A DNA stretch of 64,000 nucleotides from an uncultured Clostridia bacterium (lineage in GTDB: Bacteria; Bacillota; Clostridia; Christensenellales; Borkfalkiaceae). Position 1 is the first letter of the stretch, and every line of letters starts with the position of its first letter. Location of the stretch: positions 9 to 64,008 of the forward strand of contig CANRIO010000002.1 of NCBI GenBank assembly GCA_947630605.1, in the 5' to 3' direction. Shown piece by piece: positions 8,499 through 17,878 of this stretch. The translations under genes were made by a program, and so were the position numbers. The notes under the pieces are model-generated. The model saw only the letters and a program-made list of their open reading frames with translations, ran no database searches and was not told the DNA's origin.

Positions 8499-9559
8499 CC
8501 ATGGCAAATCTCTACAGGGACGTGCTCAACAGCATTCCCACGGCGGCGATCGTCGTCGACAAAAACTTAAAGGTGCGGTATATGAACCGCGCCTTCGGAG
8601 AGTACTTCCGTGCAGAGAAGATGAAGGGGACGCTGCGCGACGTCACCGCATGCGGCGAGAACGAGGGGGAGTGCGGCAAGGGCGTCAAATGCGCCTATTG
8701 CCCCCTGCGCAACGTCTTTTTGGAGGTGGCCTCGACGGGGAGGACGGCCTTCCGCAAGCTCATTTTGGGGAGCGGCGGAGAGGGGCTCGCCCTCCGCATG
8801 AAGGTGGAACCCTTGGGGAAATTCATGCTCGGCATCGTGGACAACGCCTACGAGACGGAGATCGCGCGCGAACTGCACTCCGCACAGAGCATCCAGCAGC
8901 GCCTCCTTCCCCCCGCCTCGGGAAGAGGGGGGACGCCCTATTCCTTCACCTATATCCCCTGCCGCGAGATCGGCGGGGACCTGCCCGATGTGTACGAAGT
9001 GGACGGCGGGACGATGGGGGTGCTCGCCGACGTCTCGGGCAAGGGCGTTGCGGCGGGCATGCTCTCCGCATTCGTCCGTGCGGGGTGGGACCGCTCCGAC
9101 CCCTCTCCCGCAAACGCCATCCGCGGGCTGAATGCGAAATTCCAGGAGATGAATTTGGACGAACGCTCCTACATCACGGCGGCGGCCGTGCACATCGAGG
9201 AGGACGCCCATATCGTCCGCTACTGCATCGCGGGACACAACGCGCCCATTCTTTTGAAGGGAAGAGAGGGCATCGACGAGATCGACATGAGCTCGCCCCC
9301 CGTCTCGACGTGGATCCCCGGCTTTCGCTACGAGGACCGCACCATCGGCTTTGAGAAGGGGAACATCCTCGTCCTCCTCACCGACGGCGTCACGGAGAGC
9401 AGGAACGCCGAGGGGGAACAGTTCTCTTTGGAGCGCGTGGAGGACATTTTGCAGCGCTCGGAAAACGCCGAACGCTTCATCGAACGGCTCAAATCCGCTC
9501 TCAAAGATTTCTGCGGGAGCTTTTCGGACGACATCACCGCCATCGCATTCGACCTGTAA
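8495..9559 (+). CDS. SpoIIE/PP2C-family serine phosphatase with an N-terminal PAS-like, Cys-rich sensor region.
   Basis: The track ORF starts at 8171 and overlaps the kinase gene. I trimmed it to the ATG at 8495, which overlaps the upstream stop (ATGA). PP2C motifs are present: SIQQRLLP, GGDLPDV, ADVSGKGVAAG, LLTDGVTE. The N-terminus carries CGENEGECGKGVKCAYCP. Confidence 0.8.
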   Translation: MTMANLYRDVLNSIPTAAIVVDKNLKVRYMNRAFGEYFRAEKMKGTLRDVTACGENEGECGKGVKCAYCPLRNVFLEVASTGRTAFRKLILGSGGEGLALRMKVEPLGKFMLGIVDNAYETEIARELHSAQSIQQRLLPPASGRGGTPYSFTYIPCREIGGDLPDVYEVDGGTMGVLADVSGKGVAAGMLSAFVRAGWDRSDPSPANAIRGLNAKFQEMNLDERSYITAAAVHIEEDAHIVRYCIAGHNAPILLKGREGIDEIDMSSPPVSTWIPGFRYEDRTIGFEKGNILVLLTDGVTESRNAEGEQFSLERVEDILQRSENAERFIERLKSALKDFCGSFSDDITAIAFDL

Positions 9560-9615
9560 AAATTTACGGCATGAAAAAACCGCCTCCCGTTTGGGAAGCG
9601 GTATTTTCTTTGCGG

Positions 9616-9855
9616 TTAGTCCTCGAGGATGAGCTTGTTGTAGATCGCGATCCAGATAGCGTCGAGAACGGTAAGGATCCAGCTGAAGCCGAAGATCGTG
9701 ACGACGAGAGCCATGACGAGATTGACGCCGGTGTTCTTTCTGATGAAAGCCGACCATCTCACGAGAAGGTCCACGATCCAGCCGATGAGCGGGAGGATGA
9801 GGAGCACGATCTGCAGAACTTTGCTCTGCTTATGGAACCAGGTATCGAAGTTCAT
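9616..9855 (-). CDS. Small hydrophobic membrane protein (79 aa), hypothetical.
   Basis: Two or three predicted TM helices. AAAGGAG RBS. Upstream promoter TTGACA-17-TAGAAT on the minus strand (about 9893..9921). Confidence 0.6.
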   Translation of the reverse strand: MNFDTWFHKQSKVLQIVLLILPLIGWIVDLLVRWSAFIRKNTGVNLVMALVVTIFGFSWILTVLDAIWIAIYNKLILED

Positions 9856-9981
9856 AGTGCTATAAATCTCCTTTGGGTTTTTTGTACTTTCATTCTACAC
9901 ACTTCAACAAATATTGTCAAGAGTTTCACGAAAAGTTTTTTCACAATTTCTCATTTTTCCGCGTGTCGGACATGGTGGCGG

Positions 9982-10515
9982 TCAAAAGCCTCTCTCGAGG
10001 AAAATTTCCCCCGTCTCAAGCCGCTTCCAGAGTATTGTATTCCCCTCGAGCACACAATATGACCGCGGGGAATTTTCTTTTGGAATGGAGACGGAGCCGC
10101 AGTTGCAGTAGAGGAAGTTCTCCCGCTCCTCGCAGGCGGGGACATGGAAGTGCCCGCAGAAGAGGATATCCCCCTCCTTCATGAGGGCGGGCGTCTTGTG
10201 CCCGTGGCAGAAGAAAATTTCCCGTCCCGCAAAGGGGAGAAGGACGAGGTCGGCCGCAACGGGGAACTCCAAGACGAGGGAGTCCACCTCGCTGTCGCAG
10301 TTGCCCCTGATGCAGACGATGCTTTCCTTGAGCGAATTGAGGATGGCTGCCGTCTCAAGGGTGGAGTACCCCTCGGGAAGAGGGTTGCGGGCGCCGTGAT
10401 AGAGAAGATCCCCGAGGAGGATGAGCTTGTCCGCCCCTTCCCCAAGGAAGCGCTCTTTGAGCATTCCGCAATATTTGGCGGAGCCGTGGATATCCGATGC
10501 GATCATGTATTTCAT
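9982..10515 (-). CDS. yfcE: YfcE-type metallophosphoesterase (MJ0936 family phosphodiesterase).
   Basis: The track ORF was trimmed to the ATG at 10515 (GGGGAGG RBS). MKYMIASDIHGS, LLGDLLYHGARNPLPEGY, IRGNCDSEVD and GHxH align along their whole length to my recollection of E. coli YfcE. Confidence 0.85.
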   Translation of the reverse strand: MKYMIASDIHGSAKYCGMLKERFLGEGADKLILLGDLLYHGARNPLPEGYSTLETAAILNSLKESIVCIRGNCDSEVDSLVLEFPVAADLVLLPFAGREIFFCHGHKTPALMKEGDILFCGHFHVPACEERENFLYCNCGSVSIPKENSPRSYCVLEGNTILWKRLETGEIFLERGF

Positions 10516-10544
10516 AGGGTGACCTCCCCGAAAAATTTTTTTGT

Positions 10545-11966
10545 TCAGGTGAGCGGAGCAAACAACATCGCGAGCCGCCCCAAAGCGCGCATGAAGGGGT
10601 TCGCCTTTTTGAGCGGACACCCCTCTTCGAAGCAGGTGCGAAAGTCGCGTTCGACCGCCGCGGCGAGGGCGGGATCCTCCGCAAAGACGCCGCATTCCGC
10701 CTGCACATACAGGCTGCGGAAATCGAGATTATAGCTGGAGACAAGGGCGCATTCCCCGTCGATCGCAATGCTCTTCGCATGCAGAAAGCCGGGGGTATAT
10801 TCGCGCACTTTGACCCCCCTTTCCGCGAGCTCCCGCGCATACGTCCTCGTCAGAAAAAATACGAGCTTCTTGTCGGGGATATGGGGGATCATGAGGCGCA
10901 CATCCACCCCCGATGCGGCCGCCGCAAAGAGGGCCTGCATCACGGCGTGCGGGAGGGAGAGATAGGGGGAAGAGAGGCAGACGCTCTTTTTTGCCGAGGC
11001 GATGAGTTGGGGAAGAAGGAGGGGAAAGAGCCTCCCGTCCCGCCTTGTCCCGTCGAAGAGCGCGCAGAAGGGAACGCCGTCCGCCTTCTCTTTTGGCCGT
11101 GCATGGGCCCCCTTTGAGCGCGTCAGGGCATACCATGTCTGAAGAAAGCCCTCTTCAAAGCCGCTCACATCCCCCGAAATCCGCACCGCGCTGTCCTTCC
11201 AGCGGCCGAAACGGATGCGCTCGCCCACATATTCGTCGGCGAGGTTGATCCCGCCCGTATAGCACACGTCGTCGATGAGAAAGAGTTTCCTGTGATCCCG
11301 ACGCGTCAGCCCTCTCTGCGGGCGCAGACGGGAGAAGACGGCGGTCTTTATCCCGCGGGATACAAGGCTTTTCGCATAGCGGCGGGGGAGGGTGAGGCTG
11401 CAGCCGAAGTCGTCGAAGATGACGCGCACATCCAGCCCCTGTCTTGCCTTCTTTTGGAGAAGGAGGAGAATTTCTCCCCAGAATTTCCCCTCGGCGATGA
11501 TGTAGTATTCGAGATAAATGCGCCGCTTCGCCCTCTTCAGATCGGCAAAGAGCGCGGCGCGCATCTCCTCCCCCGAGGCGAGGTATCTGATGCGTCCCCT
11601 TGCGACATGGGTGCCCTTGAGACGCTCTGCCGTCGCCGCAACGCGGGAAAAGAGGGAGCCGCCCTCCCCCGAGATGGGGAAGACCCTCGGCCTTCTTTCC
11701 GTCTCGGAGAAGAAGAGGACGAGGATGGGCCCCACCCACGGGAGAAAGCCGAGGAGCGCGAGCTTTGCGATCTTTCTCTCGGGGAGCTCTTCGAGGACAA
11801 GGGTGACGGCGGCGGCGAGCAAGGAAAACGCCCGTTCCACGATGGCGACGGGCGCGAGGAGGCGGGGAAGCCGTACCGCAAGAAGGATGCCCGCAAAGAG
11901 CGCTAATAGAAAGAGGAGCGCAAGGGGGAAGAGCCTTCCGCGCAAAAAGAGCCGCAGTCTACGCAT
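10545..11966 (-). CDS. cls: Cardiolipin synthase.
   Basis: 473 aa. Two N-terminal TM helices and two PLD HKD motifs (HRKLFLIDD...GGINL and HAKSIAIDG...SSYNLDFRS). Confidence 0.9.
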   Translation of the reverse strand: MRRLRLFLRGRLFPLALLFLLALFAGILLAVRLPRLLAPVAIVERAFSLLAAAVTLVLEELPERKIAKLALLGFLPWVGPILVLFFSETERRPRVFPISGEGGSLFSRVAATAERLKGTHVARGRIRYLASGEEMRAALFADLKRAKRRIYLEYYIIAEGKFWGEILLLLQKKARQGLDVRVIFDDFGCSLTLPRRYAKSLVSRGIKTAVFSRLRPQRGLTRRDHRKLFLIDDVCYTGGINLADEYVGERIRFGRWKDSAVRISGDVSGFEEGFLQTWYALTRSKGAHARPKEKADGVPFCALFDGTRRDGRLFPLLLPQLIASAKKSVCLSSPYLSLPHAVMQALFAAAASGVDVRLMIPHIPDKKLVFFLTRTYARELAERGVKVREYTPGFLHAKSIAIDGECALVSSYNLDFRSLYVQAECGVFAEDPALAAAVERDFRTCFEEGCPLKKANPFMRALGRLAMLFAPLT

Positions 11967-11989
11967 ATGTAGGGTGGGTTTGGCTTTTC

Positions 11990-12115
11990 TTGGCTCCCCC
12001 TTGAGGGGGAGCTGTCGAGCGGAGCGAGACAGAAGGGGTGTCGCTTTGGATGAACACCCCTTCCGTCACGCCTTTGGCGTGACACCCACCCCTCAAGGGG
12101 TGGGCAAGATCCCCA
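11990..12115. repeat. Repeat cluster R3, a string of D-type short hairpins.
   Basis: CTCCCCC-TTGA-GGGGGAG, CTGTC..GACAG, GGGGTGT..ACACCCC, GTCACGCC-TTTG-GCGTGAC and CCCACCCC-TCAA-GGGGTGGG. The GCTGTCACGC..GCGTGAC core recurs at about 19970, 41510 and 53150. Confidence 0.7.
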
Positions 12116-12124
12116 AGTGACGTC

Positions 12125-13135
12125 TTACATGAGATCGATAAAGTTGACGATGTCCGAGCCGCGGTCGGCGCGGGAGGGATAGTCGGCAAAGAGGGCGGAG
12201 GCCTTTGCGGCCTTCACGACGTTTGCCCGGTAGGGGGAGATATCCACCGCCCTGTTGGCCATGAGGTTGATCGCGGTATCCAGGTATCCGAAGCCGTTCT
12301 CCACGCAATAGATCGCAAGATGTTTGCGGATGGCGAGGTCGAGCCGCACCTTGAGCCCGCCCGCGGGCTGGCCGTAGAAGACGACGTTGCTGTTCCTTGC
12401 CGCGAGGCGGAAGGGAAGTTCGGGTGCGTTGCCGACCGCGGAGGAGACATACACCGCCCCGTCCGCGAGCCTTCCTCCCGTAATGGAGGCGACGTTTTCG
12501 AGCACCTTGCTGTCCGCGAGGACGGTGTAGTAGACGCCGCACTTCTTGGCAAAATCGAGATGCTGCTGCATGGTGTCCACGAGGATGGGCGCGGCCTGCT
12601 GATAGATGAGGAGCTGGCAGACGAGGATGCCGACGAGGTTCGCCCCGACGACGGCGATGTGCTGGCCCTTCTTGGATTCGAGTGCGTCGCATACCGCCTT
12701 TGCGATGGCGACATGGTGCAAAAGCAGTGCCCGCTCGTCCGAAACGGAGGGGGGAAGGGCGGTGAGATCGTCGGGGGAGACGTTGACGAATTCCCTCATG
12801 AACCCGTCCTGCGTCTGCCCGCAGATCTCATATTCGGGCGCGGAGAAGTCCCGCTTGCTCGTTCCGTTCAAGGCGATGGGGCGGAAGGCGTGCAGAAGCA
12901 CCCGTGCCCCGCGGGGAAGGTAAGTCCCCGCCCCCTCCTCCGCGATGACGCCCACGGCGTACCGCCCGGGTATGAGGGGATATTTGCAGGGAGCCGTCCC
13001 GTCGTAGAGGTCGGCGTCCAAGCTGTTCACATGCACTTTCGTCACGCGGACGCGTATCTTTCCGTCCTCATGTTCGGGCAGCGGCTCCTCCGTGCGGACG
13101 AGTTTTTTCGCGCCTGTAAGTTTCCATACATTCAT
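12125..13135 (-). CDS. MDR-superfamily (alcohol dehydrogenase GroES-like / Rossmann) dehydrogenase-like protein, divergent.
   Basis: The track ORF was trimmed to the ATG at 13135 (GGAGGG RBS). It has a GroES-like N-terminus (IRVRVTKVHVNSLDADLYDG...PLIPGRYAVGVI) and a Rossmann segment (IAVVGANLVGILVCQLL). The usual Zn ligands are not obvious. Confidence 0.65.
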   Translation of the reverse strand: MNVWKLTGAKKLVRTEEPLPEHEDGKIRVRVTKVHVNSLDADLYDGTAPCKYPLIPGRYAVGVIAEEGAGTYLPRGARVLLHAFRPIALNGTSKRDFSAPEYEICGQTQDGFMREFVNVSPDDLTALPPSVSDERALLLHHVAIAKAVCDALESKKGQHIAVVGANLVGILVCQLLIYQQAAPILVDTMQQHLDFAKKCGVYYTVLADSKVLENVASITGGRLADGAVYVSSAVGNAPELPFRLAARNSNVVFYGQPAGGLKVRLDLAIRKHLAIYCVENGFGYLDTAINLMANRAVDISPYRANVVKAAKASALFADYPSRADRGSDIVNFIDLM

Positions 13136-13296
13136 GGATGCGGGCCCTCCAACTGCAATTTCTGCGATATTTATCCCTATTATACCGCAAAATGCGCCGA
13201 TTTGCAAGGCTTTTTGTGTGATTTCAATGCGCTTTGCGCGTTCGACAAAAAATCCGCTCTTTTTTGCGCGAATTTTCATAAGGCTTTCAAAATCAG

Positions 13297-13325
13297 TTGA
13301 CGAAAGCGGAAAAAGCAGTTATAAT
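13297..13325 (+). promoter_or_regulatory. Promoter of rpmE.
   Basis: TTGACG (13297..13302), a 17-nt spacer, then TATAAT (13320..13325). Confidence 0.65.
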
Positions 13326-13368
13326 AGACGCGTTGAATATCAAAGAAAAACAGAGCGAGGTGAACGAT

Positions 13369-13572
13369 ATGCGCGAGAACATTCATCCGAAATATCACGA
13401 AGTCACGGTCGTCTGCGCCTGCGGCGAGACCTTCAAGACGGGCACGACCAAGGATGTCGAGACGCTTAAAGTGGATATCTGCAGCAAATGCCATCCCTTC
13501 TTTACGGGTCGTCAAAAGCTCGTCGATACCGGCGGACGCGTCGATAAGTTCAAGAAAAGATACGGGATCTAA
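13369..13572 (+). CDS. rpmE: 50S ribosomal protein L31.
   Basis: The track ORF was trimmed to the ATG at 13369 (GAGG RBS). [27 protein letters not shown]...[14 protein letters not shown] is a classical Zn-type L31. Confidence 0.95.
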   Translation: MRENIHPKYHEVTVVCACGETFKTGTTKDVETLKVDICSKCHPFFTGRQKLVDTGGRVDKFKKRYGI

Positions 13573-13580
13573 GTACGCGG

Positions 13581-13618
13581 CAGCCTCTTTCAAGGAGGCT
13601 GTTTTGCTATTTATTTTT
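13581..13618 (+). terminator. Rho-independent terminator after rpmE.
   Basis: CAGCCTC-TTTCAAG-GAGGCTG followed by TTTTGCTATTTATTTTT. Confidence 0.7.
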
Positions 13619-13638
13619 CAGAGAGCAACGGTGAAAGC

Positions 13639-15492
13639 ATGAAGAAGAAATGCAATCGAACCTACATCGGCGGGCAGGCGGTCATCCAGGGCGTCATGAT
13701 GCGCTCCAAGCACGGCATGGCGACCGTCGTCCGCACCGATCAGGGGGAGACGGTCATGGAGGCCGTCAAAGTCAAGGCCCCGGAGGATAGGCCCCGCTGG
13801 CAGAGGCTCCCCCTCATCCGCGGCGTCGTCAACTTTCTCTCCTCCCTCGTGGGGGGGATGAAAGTGCTCATGCGCAGTTCCGAGGCCGCCCTCACCGAAG
13901 ATGAGGGCGAAGAGGGCGGGCAGAGCAAGTTCGCAAAGTGGCTTGCGGAAAAACACAAGATGAGCGTGGGGGATATCCTCACCACCGTCTCCGTCATCCT
14001 CGGGGTGCTGCTTGCCGTGGGGCTGTTTATCTTTTTGCCCCTTCTCTTTACCCGCCTCATCGCCTCTAACGTTCCCGCCGTCGCGAAGGACAAGATGTAC
14101 GGCCTCTGGTACTACCTCATCGAGGGGGGATTCCGCCTCGTCATCTTTCTTCTGTATATCCTCTTCACCCTCGTCTTCAAGTCCCTCCGCGAGACGTATA
14201 TGTATCACGGTGCCGAACATAAGACGATCAACTGCTACGAATACGGCATGCCGCTCACCGTGGAGAACGTGAAAAAGTGCACCCGCCTCCACGACCGCTG
14301 CGGCACGACCTTCCTCTTCATCGTCCTCTTCATCTCTATCATCGTGTTCGCCCTCGTGGGCATCCCGCTCGATATGCTTTACAAGGCGGCGGGCATCAAG
14401 GGGATTTTGGATTCCCTCCTTTCCATCGTCTTCCGCATCCTGCTTTTGCCCCTCGTGGCGGGCGTCTCCTACGAAGTTTTGAAGCTCCTCGCCAAGACGG
14501 ACAGCGTCCTCGTTCTTCCCTTAAAGGCCCCCGGGTTCCTTCTGCAGAAGCTCACGACGCGGGAACCCGACGATCGCATGATCGAGTGCGCCATCCTCGC
14601 CTTCGAGACCGCCCTCGAGATGGACAAAGATCCCGACTTCAACGAGAGATTCTTTGCGACGGAGACCAAGCTCTCCAAGCTCATGGCGGACATGAAGCGG
14701 TGCTTCAAAGATAAGAACATCGACGGATCGGATGCGGAGTGGATCCTCTCCATGACCCTCGGCATCAAGCGCAGCGCCCTCTCGGAGGAGCGGGTCATCT
14801 CCCGTGCGGAGTGCAAGAAGGTCCTCGCGATCTTCGACGAACGCATGAAGGGAAGGCCGCTCTGGTATATCTATGGCGACACCGAATTTTACGGCTACAC
14901 CTTCAAGGTGGACGAGCGCGTGCTCATCCCCCGTCCCGAGACGGAGGTGCTCGTGCGGCAGGCCGTCCTCACGCTCAACAACGGCGACAGGATGCTCGAT
15001 CTCTGCACAGGTAGCGGCGCAGTCGCCATTGCGACCTACTGCGAGGCCTCCAAGGATAAACGCGTCCACATCACGGCATCGGATATCTCGGAGGACGCGC
15101 TCACGCTTGCCCGCGAGAACGCTTTGCTCAACAAGGCGGCCGTGAACTTCGTGAGAAGCGACCTCTTTGAAGGCATCCGCGGCAGGTTCAACCTCATCAC
15201 CGCCAATCCGCCCTATGTGAGAAGGGGAGACATCGATTCCCTTCCCGCGGACGTGAAGGACTTCGAGCCCCGCATCGCCCTCGACGGCGGGGAGGACGGC
15301 CTCGACTTCTACCGCGCCATTGCACGCGATATCCCCCGCTATATCACAAACGGCGGCATGCTCATCGTCGAATGCGGCGAGGGGCAGGCGCAGGAGATCA
15401 TCAAAATTTTCCAGACGACGGCACACTGCGAGTTCGCCATGATCGTGAAGGACCTCGCGGGCGTGGAGCGCGTCGTAAAGTTGGGGTTCTGA
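13639..15492 (+). CDS. prmC: Fusion protein: an N-terminal DUF1385 (YqhQ-like) membrane domain joined to a C-terminal release-factor glutamine N5-methyltransferase (PrmC/HemK).
   Basis: A single uninterrupted 617-aa ORF. The N-terminal part reads YIGGQAVIQGVMMRS..., has several TM helices, and contains YHGAEHK. The C-terminal part has LDLCTGSGAVAI and the NPPY motif (ITANPPYV). It sits in the usual rpmE-DUF1385-prmC-prfA neighbourhood. Confidence 0.85.
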   Translation: MKKKCNRTYIGGQAVIQGVMMRSKHGMATVVRTDQGETVMEAVKVKAPEDRPRWQRLPLIRGVVNFLSSLVGGMKVLMRSSEAALTEDEGEEGGQSKFAKWLAEKHKMSVGDILTTVSVILGVLLAVGLFIFLPLLFTRLIASNVPAVAKDKMYGLWYYLIEGGFRLVIFLLYILFTLVFKSLRETYMYHGAEHKTINCYEYGMPLTVENVKKCTRLHDRCGTTFLFIVLFISIIVFALVGIPLDMLYKAAGIKGILDSLLSIVFRILLLPLVAGVSYEVLKLLAKTDSVLVLPLKAPGFLLQKLTTREPDDRMIECAILAFETALEMDKDPDFNERFFATETKLSKLMADMKRCFKDKNIDGSDAEWILSMTLGIKRSALSEERVISRAECKKVLAIFDERMKGRPLWYIYGDTEFYGYTFKVDERVLIPRPETEVLVRQAVLTLNNGDRMLDLCTGSGAVAIATYCEASKDKRVHITASDISEDALTLARENALLNKAAVNFVRSDLFEGIRGRFNLITANPPYVRRGDIDSLPADVKDFEPRIALDGGEDGLDFYRAIARDIPRYITNGGMLIVECGEGQAQEIIKIFQTTAHCEFAMIVKDLAGVERVVKLGF

Positions 15493-16556
15493 TGTTGAAA
15501 AAACTTTCCGGGATCGCAGCGAGATACGATGAGCTCTCCGCCCGTCTTGCCGCCCCCAACGCCTACCTTTCGGAGGATTTTGTGAAGCTGAGCCGGGAGC
15601 GGGCGGAGCTTGAAGAGATCGTTTCGGCATACCATGCCCTATGCGAGACGCAAAAAGAGATGGATGCCGCCTTCTCGGAGGCGGAGCACGAGACGGAGGA
15701 GATGCGCGATCTCCTTCTCGAGGAAGGCTATGCCCTCAAGGAAAAATTAAAGCGGCAGGAGGAGGAGATCAAGATCCTCCTTCTTCCCAAAGATAAGAAC
15801 GACGAGCGGAACTGCACATTGGAGATCCGCGCGGGTGCGGGCGGCGAGGAGGCCGCCCTCTTTGCGTATGAACTCTACCGCATGTATATGGGGTATTGCG
15901 AGAAGAAACGGCTCTCGTGGGAGGTCGTCAACCTCAACGAGACGGAGCTCGGCGGCGTCAAGGAGGCCGTCGTCCTCGTGGGCGGAAGGGACGCCTATAA
16001 GCGCCTCAAATACGAGAGCGGCGTCCACCGCGTCCAGCGCGTCCCCGAGACGGAATCGCAGGGCCGCATCCACACCTCCACCTGCACGGTGGCCGTCCTT
16101 CCCGAAGCGGAGGAGGTCGAGGTGGAAATAAGGGAGGAGGACGTGCGCGTCGATCTCTTCCGCTCCTCGGGCGCGGGCGGGCAGAAGGTCAACAAGACGG
16201 AGACGGCCATCCGTCTCACCCACTTCCCGACGGGCATCGTCGTCACCTGCCAGGACGAGAGGAGCCAGCTCAAGAACAAGGAAAAGGCGTACAGGGTGCT
16301 CAAATCCCGCCTCTATGACTACTATCAGAGCCGCGCCGCGGGCGCGGAGGCACAAAATAGGCGCAGCCTCGTCGGCACGGGGGACAGGAGCGAGCGCATC
16401 CGCACCTACAACTTCCCCCAGAGCCGCATCACCGATCACCGCATCGGGCTCTCCCTTCACGACATGGAGGGATTTTTATCGGGGGATCTCGATGAGATGA
16501 TCGATGCCCTCGCCCGTGCGGACGTGGAAAGAAAACTTGCCTCGTCGGAGGACTGA
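15492..16556 (+). CDS. prfA: Peptide chain release factor 1.
   Basis: The track ORF was trimmed to the ATG at 15492, which overlaps the prmC stop (TGATG). Contains the PET/PxT region and the GGQ motif (RSSGAGGQKVNKTETAIRLTH). Confidence 0.95.
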   Translation: MLKKLSGIAARYDELSARLAAPNAYLSEDFVKLSRERAELEEIVSAYHALCETQKEMDAAFSEAEHETEEMRDLLLEEGYALKEKLKRQEEEIKILLLPKDKNDERNCTLEIRAGAGGEEAALFAYELYRMYMGYCEKKRLSWEVVNLNETELGGVKEAVVLVGGRDAYKRLKYESGVHRVQRVPETESQGRIHTSTCTVAVLPEAEEVEVEIREEDVRVDLFRSSGAGGQKVNKTETAIRLTHFPTGIVVTCQDERSQLKNKEKAYRVLKSRLYDYYQSRAAGAEAQNRRSLVGTGDRSERIRTYNFPQSRITDHRIGLSLHDMEGFLSGDLDEMIDALARADVERKLASSED

Positions 16557-16557
16557 A

Positions 16558-17754
16558 ATGCAGACACTTGCAAGGCGCATCCGCGCGATCTCTCCCTCCC
16601 TCACCCTCGCCATCAGCGCCAAGGCCAAGGCCATGAAGGCGGCGGGGGAGGATGTCGTCAACTTCGGCGTCGGCGAACCCGACTTCGAGACGCCCTCCTA
16701 TATCAAAGAGGCCGCCATCGATGCGATAAAAGACGGGCAGACGCGGTATACCCCCGCGGCGGGGACGCTTGCGCTCCGCCGTGCGATCGCGAAAAAACTT
16801 CTCGTGGAAAACGACCTTTGCTATTCGCCCGAGGAGATCGTCGTCTCGAACGGTGCGAAGCACGCTATCTTCAACGCCTGCTACGCCCTCGTGGACGAGG
16901 GGGACGAGGTCGTCATCCCCGCGCCCTATTGGCTCACCTATCCCGAGATCGTAAAGACCCTCGGCGGCGTCCCCGTTTTTGTGGAGGCAAAGCGGGAGGA
17001 CGGCTTCAAAATTTCTCCCAAACAGCTCAAAGAGGCGATCACGCCGCGCACCAAACTTTTCATCTTCAACTCCCCCTGCAATCCCACGGGGGCGGTGTAT
17101 TCCGAAGAGGAGGTGCGCGCCCTCGCCGCCGTCTGCGAGGAGGCGGGGATCTTCGTCCTCTCGGATGAGATCTACGAAAAACTCGTCTATGGGGACAAAA
17201 AGCCCTTCTCCTTTGCGGCCGTCTCCGAAAAAATGAAGCAAAGGACGGTGACGGTGAACGGCCTCTCCAAGACCTTTGCCATGACGGGCTGGCGCATCGG
17301 CTACCTTGCGGCCCCCTTGGAGATCGCAAAGGCGATCTCCTCCTTCCAGAGCCATGCGACGAGCAATCCCAACTCCGTCGCCCAGTGCGCGGCGGTCGCG
17401 GCGCTTACGGAAAATGACCCCTCCGTCTCGGACATGGTGGCCGCGTTTTCTGCGAGAAGGCAAAGAATGCTCGCCCTTATCGCGGACATGGGTGGGGTGG
17501 AATGCGTCGTGCCCGACGGAGCGTTCTATGTGATGCTCGTCGTCGAAGGGACCTTCGGGAAGCGCTATCGCGGCAAAACCATCGAAAATTCCGTGGACTT
17601 TGCGGAAATTCTTCTCGAGGAGGAGAAGGTGGCCGTCGTGCCCGGGGCGGCGTTCGGCGCTGACGGGTGCGTGCGCCTTTCCTATTCCCTCTCCATGGAG
17701 GACCTCGAAAAGGGACTTTCCCGCATCGCGGACTTTCTGCTAAACCTTCGGTGA
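16558..17754 (+). CDS. Pyridoxal-phosphate aminotransferase class I (aspartate aminotransferase-like).
   Basis: The track ORF was trimmed to the ATG at 16558. Contains NFGVGEPDFETP, NSPCNPTG and SKTFAMTGWRIGY (the PLP lysine context). Confidence 0.9.
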   Translation: MQTLARRIRAISPSLTLAISAKAKAMKAAGEDVVNFGVGEPDFETPSYIKEAAIDAIKDGQTRYTPAAGTLALRRAIAKKLLVENDLCYSPEEIVVSNGAKHAIFNACYALVDEGDEVVIPAPYWLTYPEIVKTLGGVPVFVEAKREDGFKISPKQLKEAITPRTKLFIFNSPCNPTGAVYSEEEVRALAAVCEEAGIFVLSDEIYEKLVYGDKKPFSFAAVSEKMKQRTVTVNGLSKTFAMTGWRIGYLAAPLEIAKAISSFQSHATSNPNSVAQCAAVAALTENDPSVSDMVAAFSARRQRMLALIADMGGVECVVPDGAFYVMLVVEGTFGKRYRGKTIENSVDFAEILLEEEKVAVVPGAAFGADGCVRLSYSLSMEDLEKGLSRIADFLLNLR

Positions 17755-17802
17755 GTGCCAAAAAACGGGCGGATAAATTTTTCTGTTTTTTCTTCAAACC
17801 CC

Positions 17803-17831
17803 TTGAATATTGACACAAAGTTTGATAGAAT
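17803..17831 (+). promoter_or_regulatory. Promoter of the mini P-loop gene.
   Basis: TTGAAT (17803..17808), a 17-nt spacer, then TAGAAT (17826..17831). Confidence 0.5.
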
Positions 17832-17878
17832 GGTATCAAGGAACATGGTTGCATGGCTGTGAATACAAGGAGGATCTC

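Noticed and set aside
7518-8507. A 329-aa minus-strand ORF and the overlapping 7142..7957 ORF.
   Set aside because: They are antisense to the DagK-family gene and the cca 5' end, with no motifs and biased composition.
9925-9950. TTCACGAAAAGTTTTTTCACAA as a CRP/Rex-type operator.
   Set aside because: The two TTCAC half-sites are direct repeats, not inverted ones, and do not fit TGTGA-N6-TCACA or the Rex palindrome.
10140-10147. 8-mer-only hits of GGACATGG at 10140, 44321 and 26998.
   Set aside because: Their flanks do not match the extended consensus, and they sit in other codon phases. They are compatible with chance, so I did not count them in the 19 core sites.
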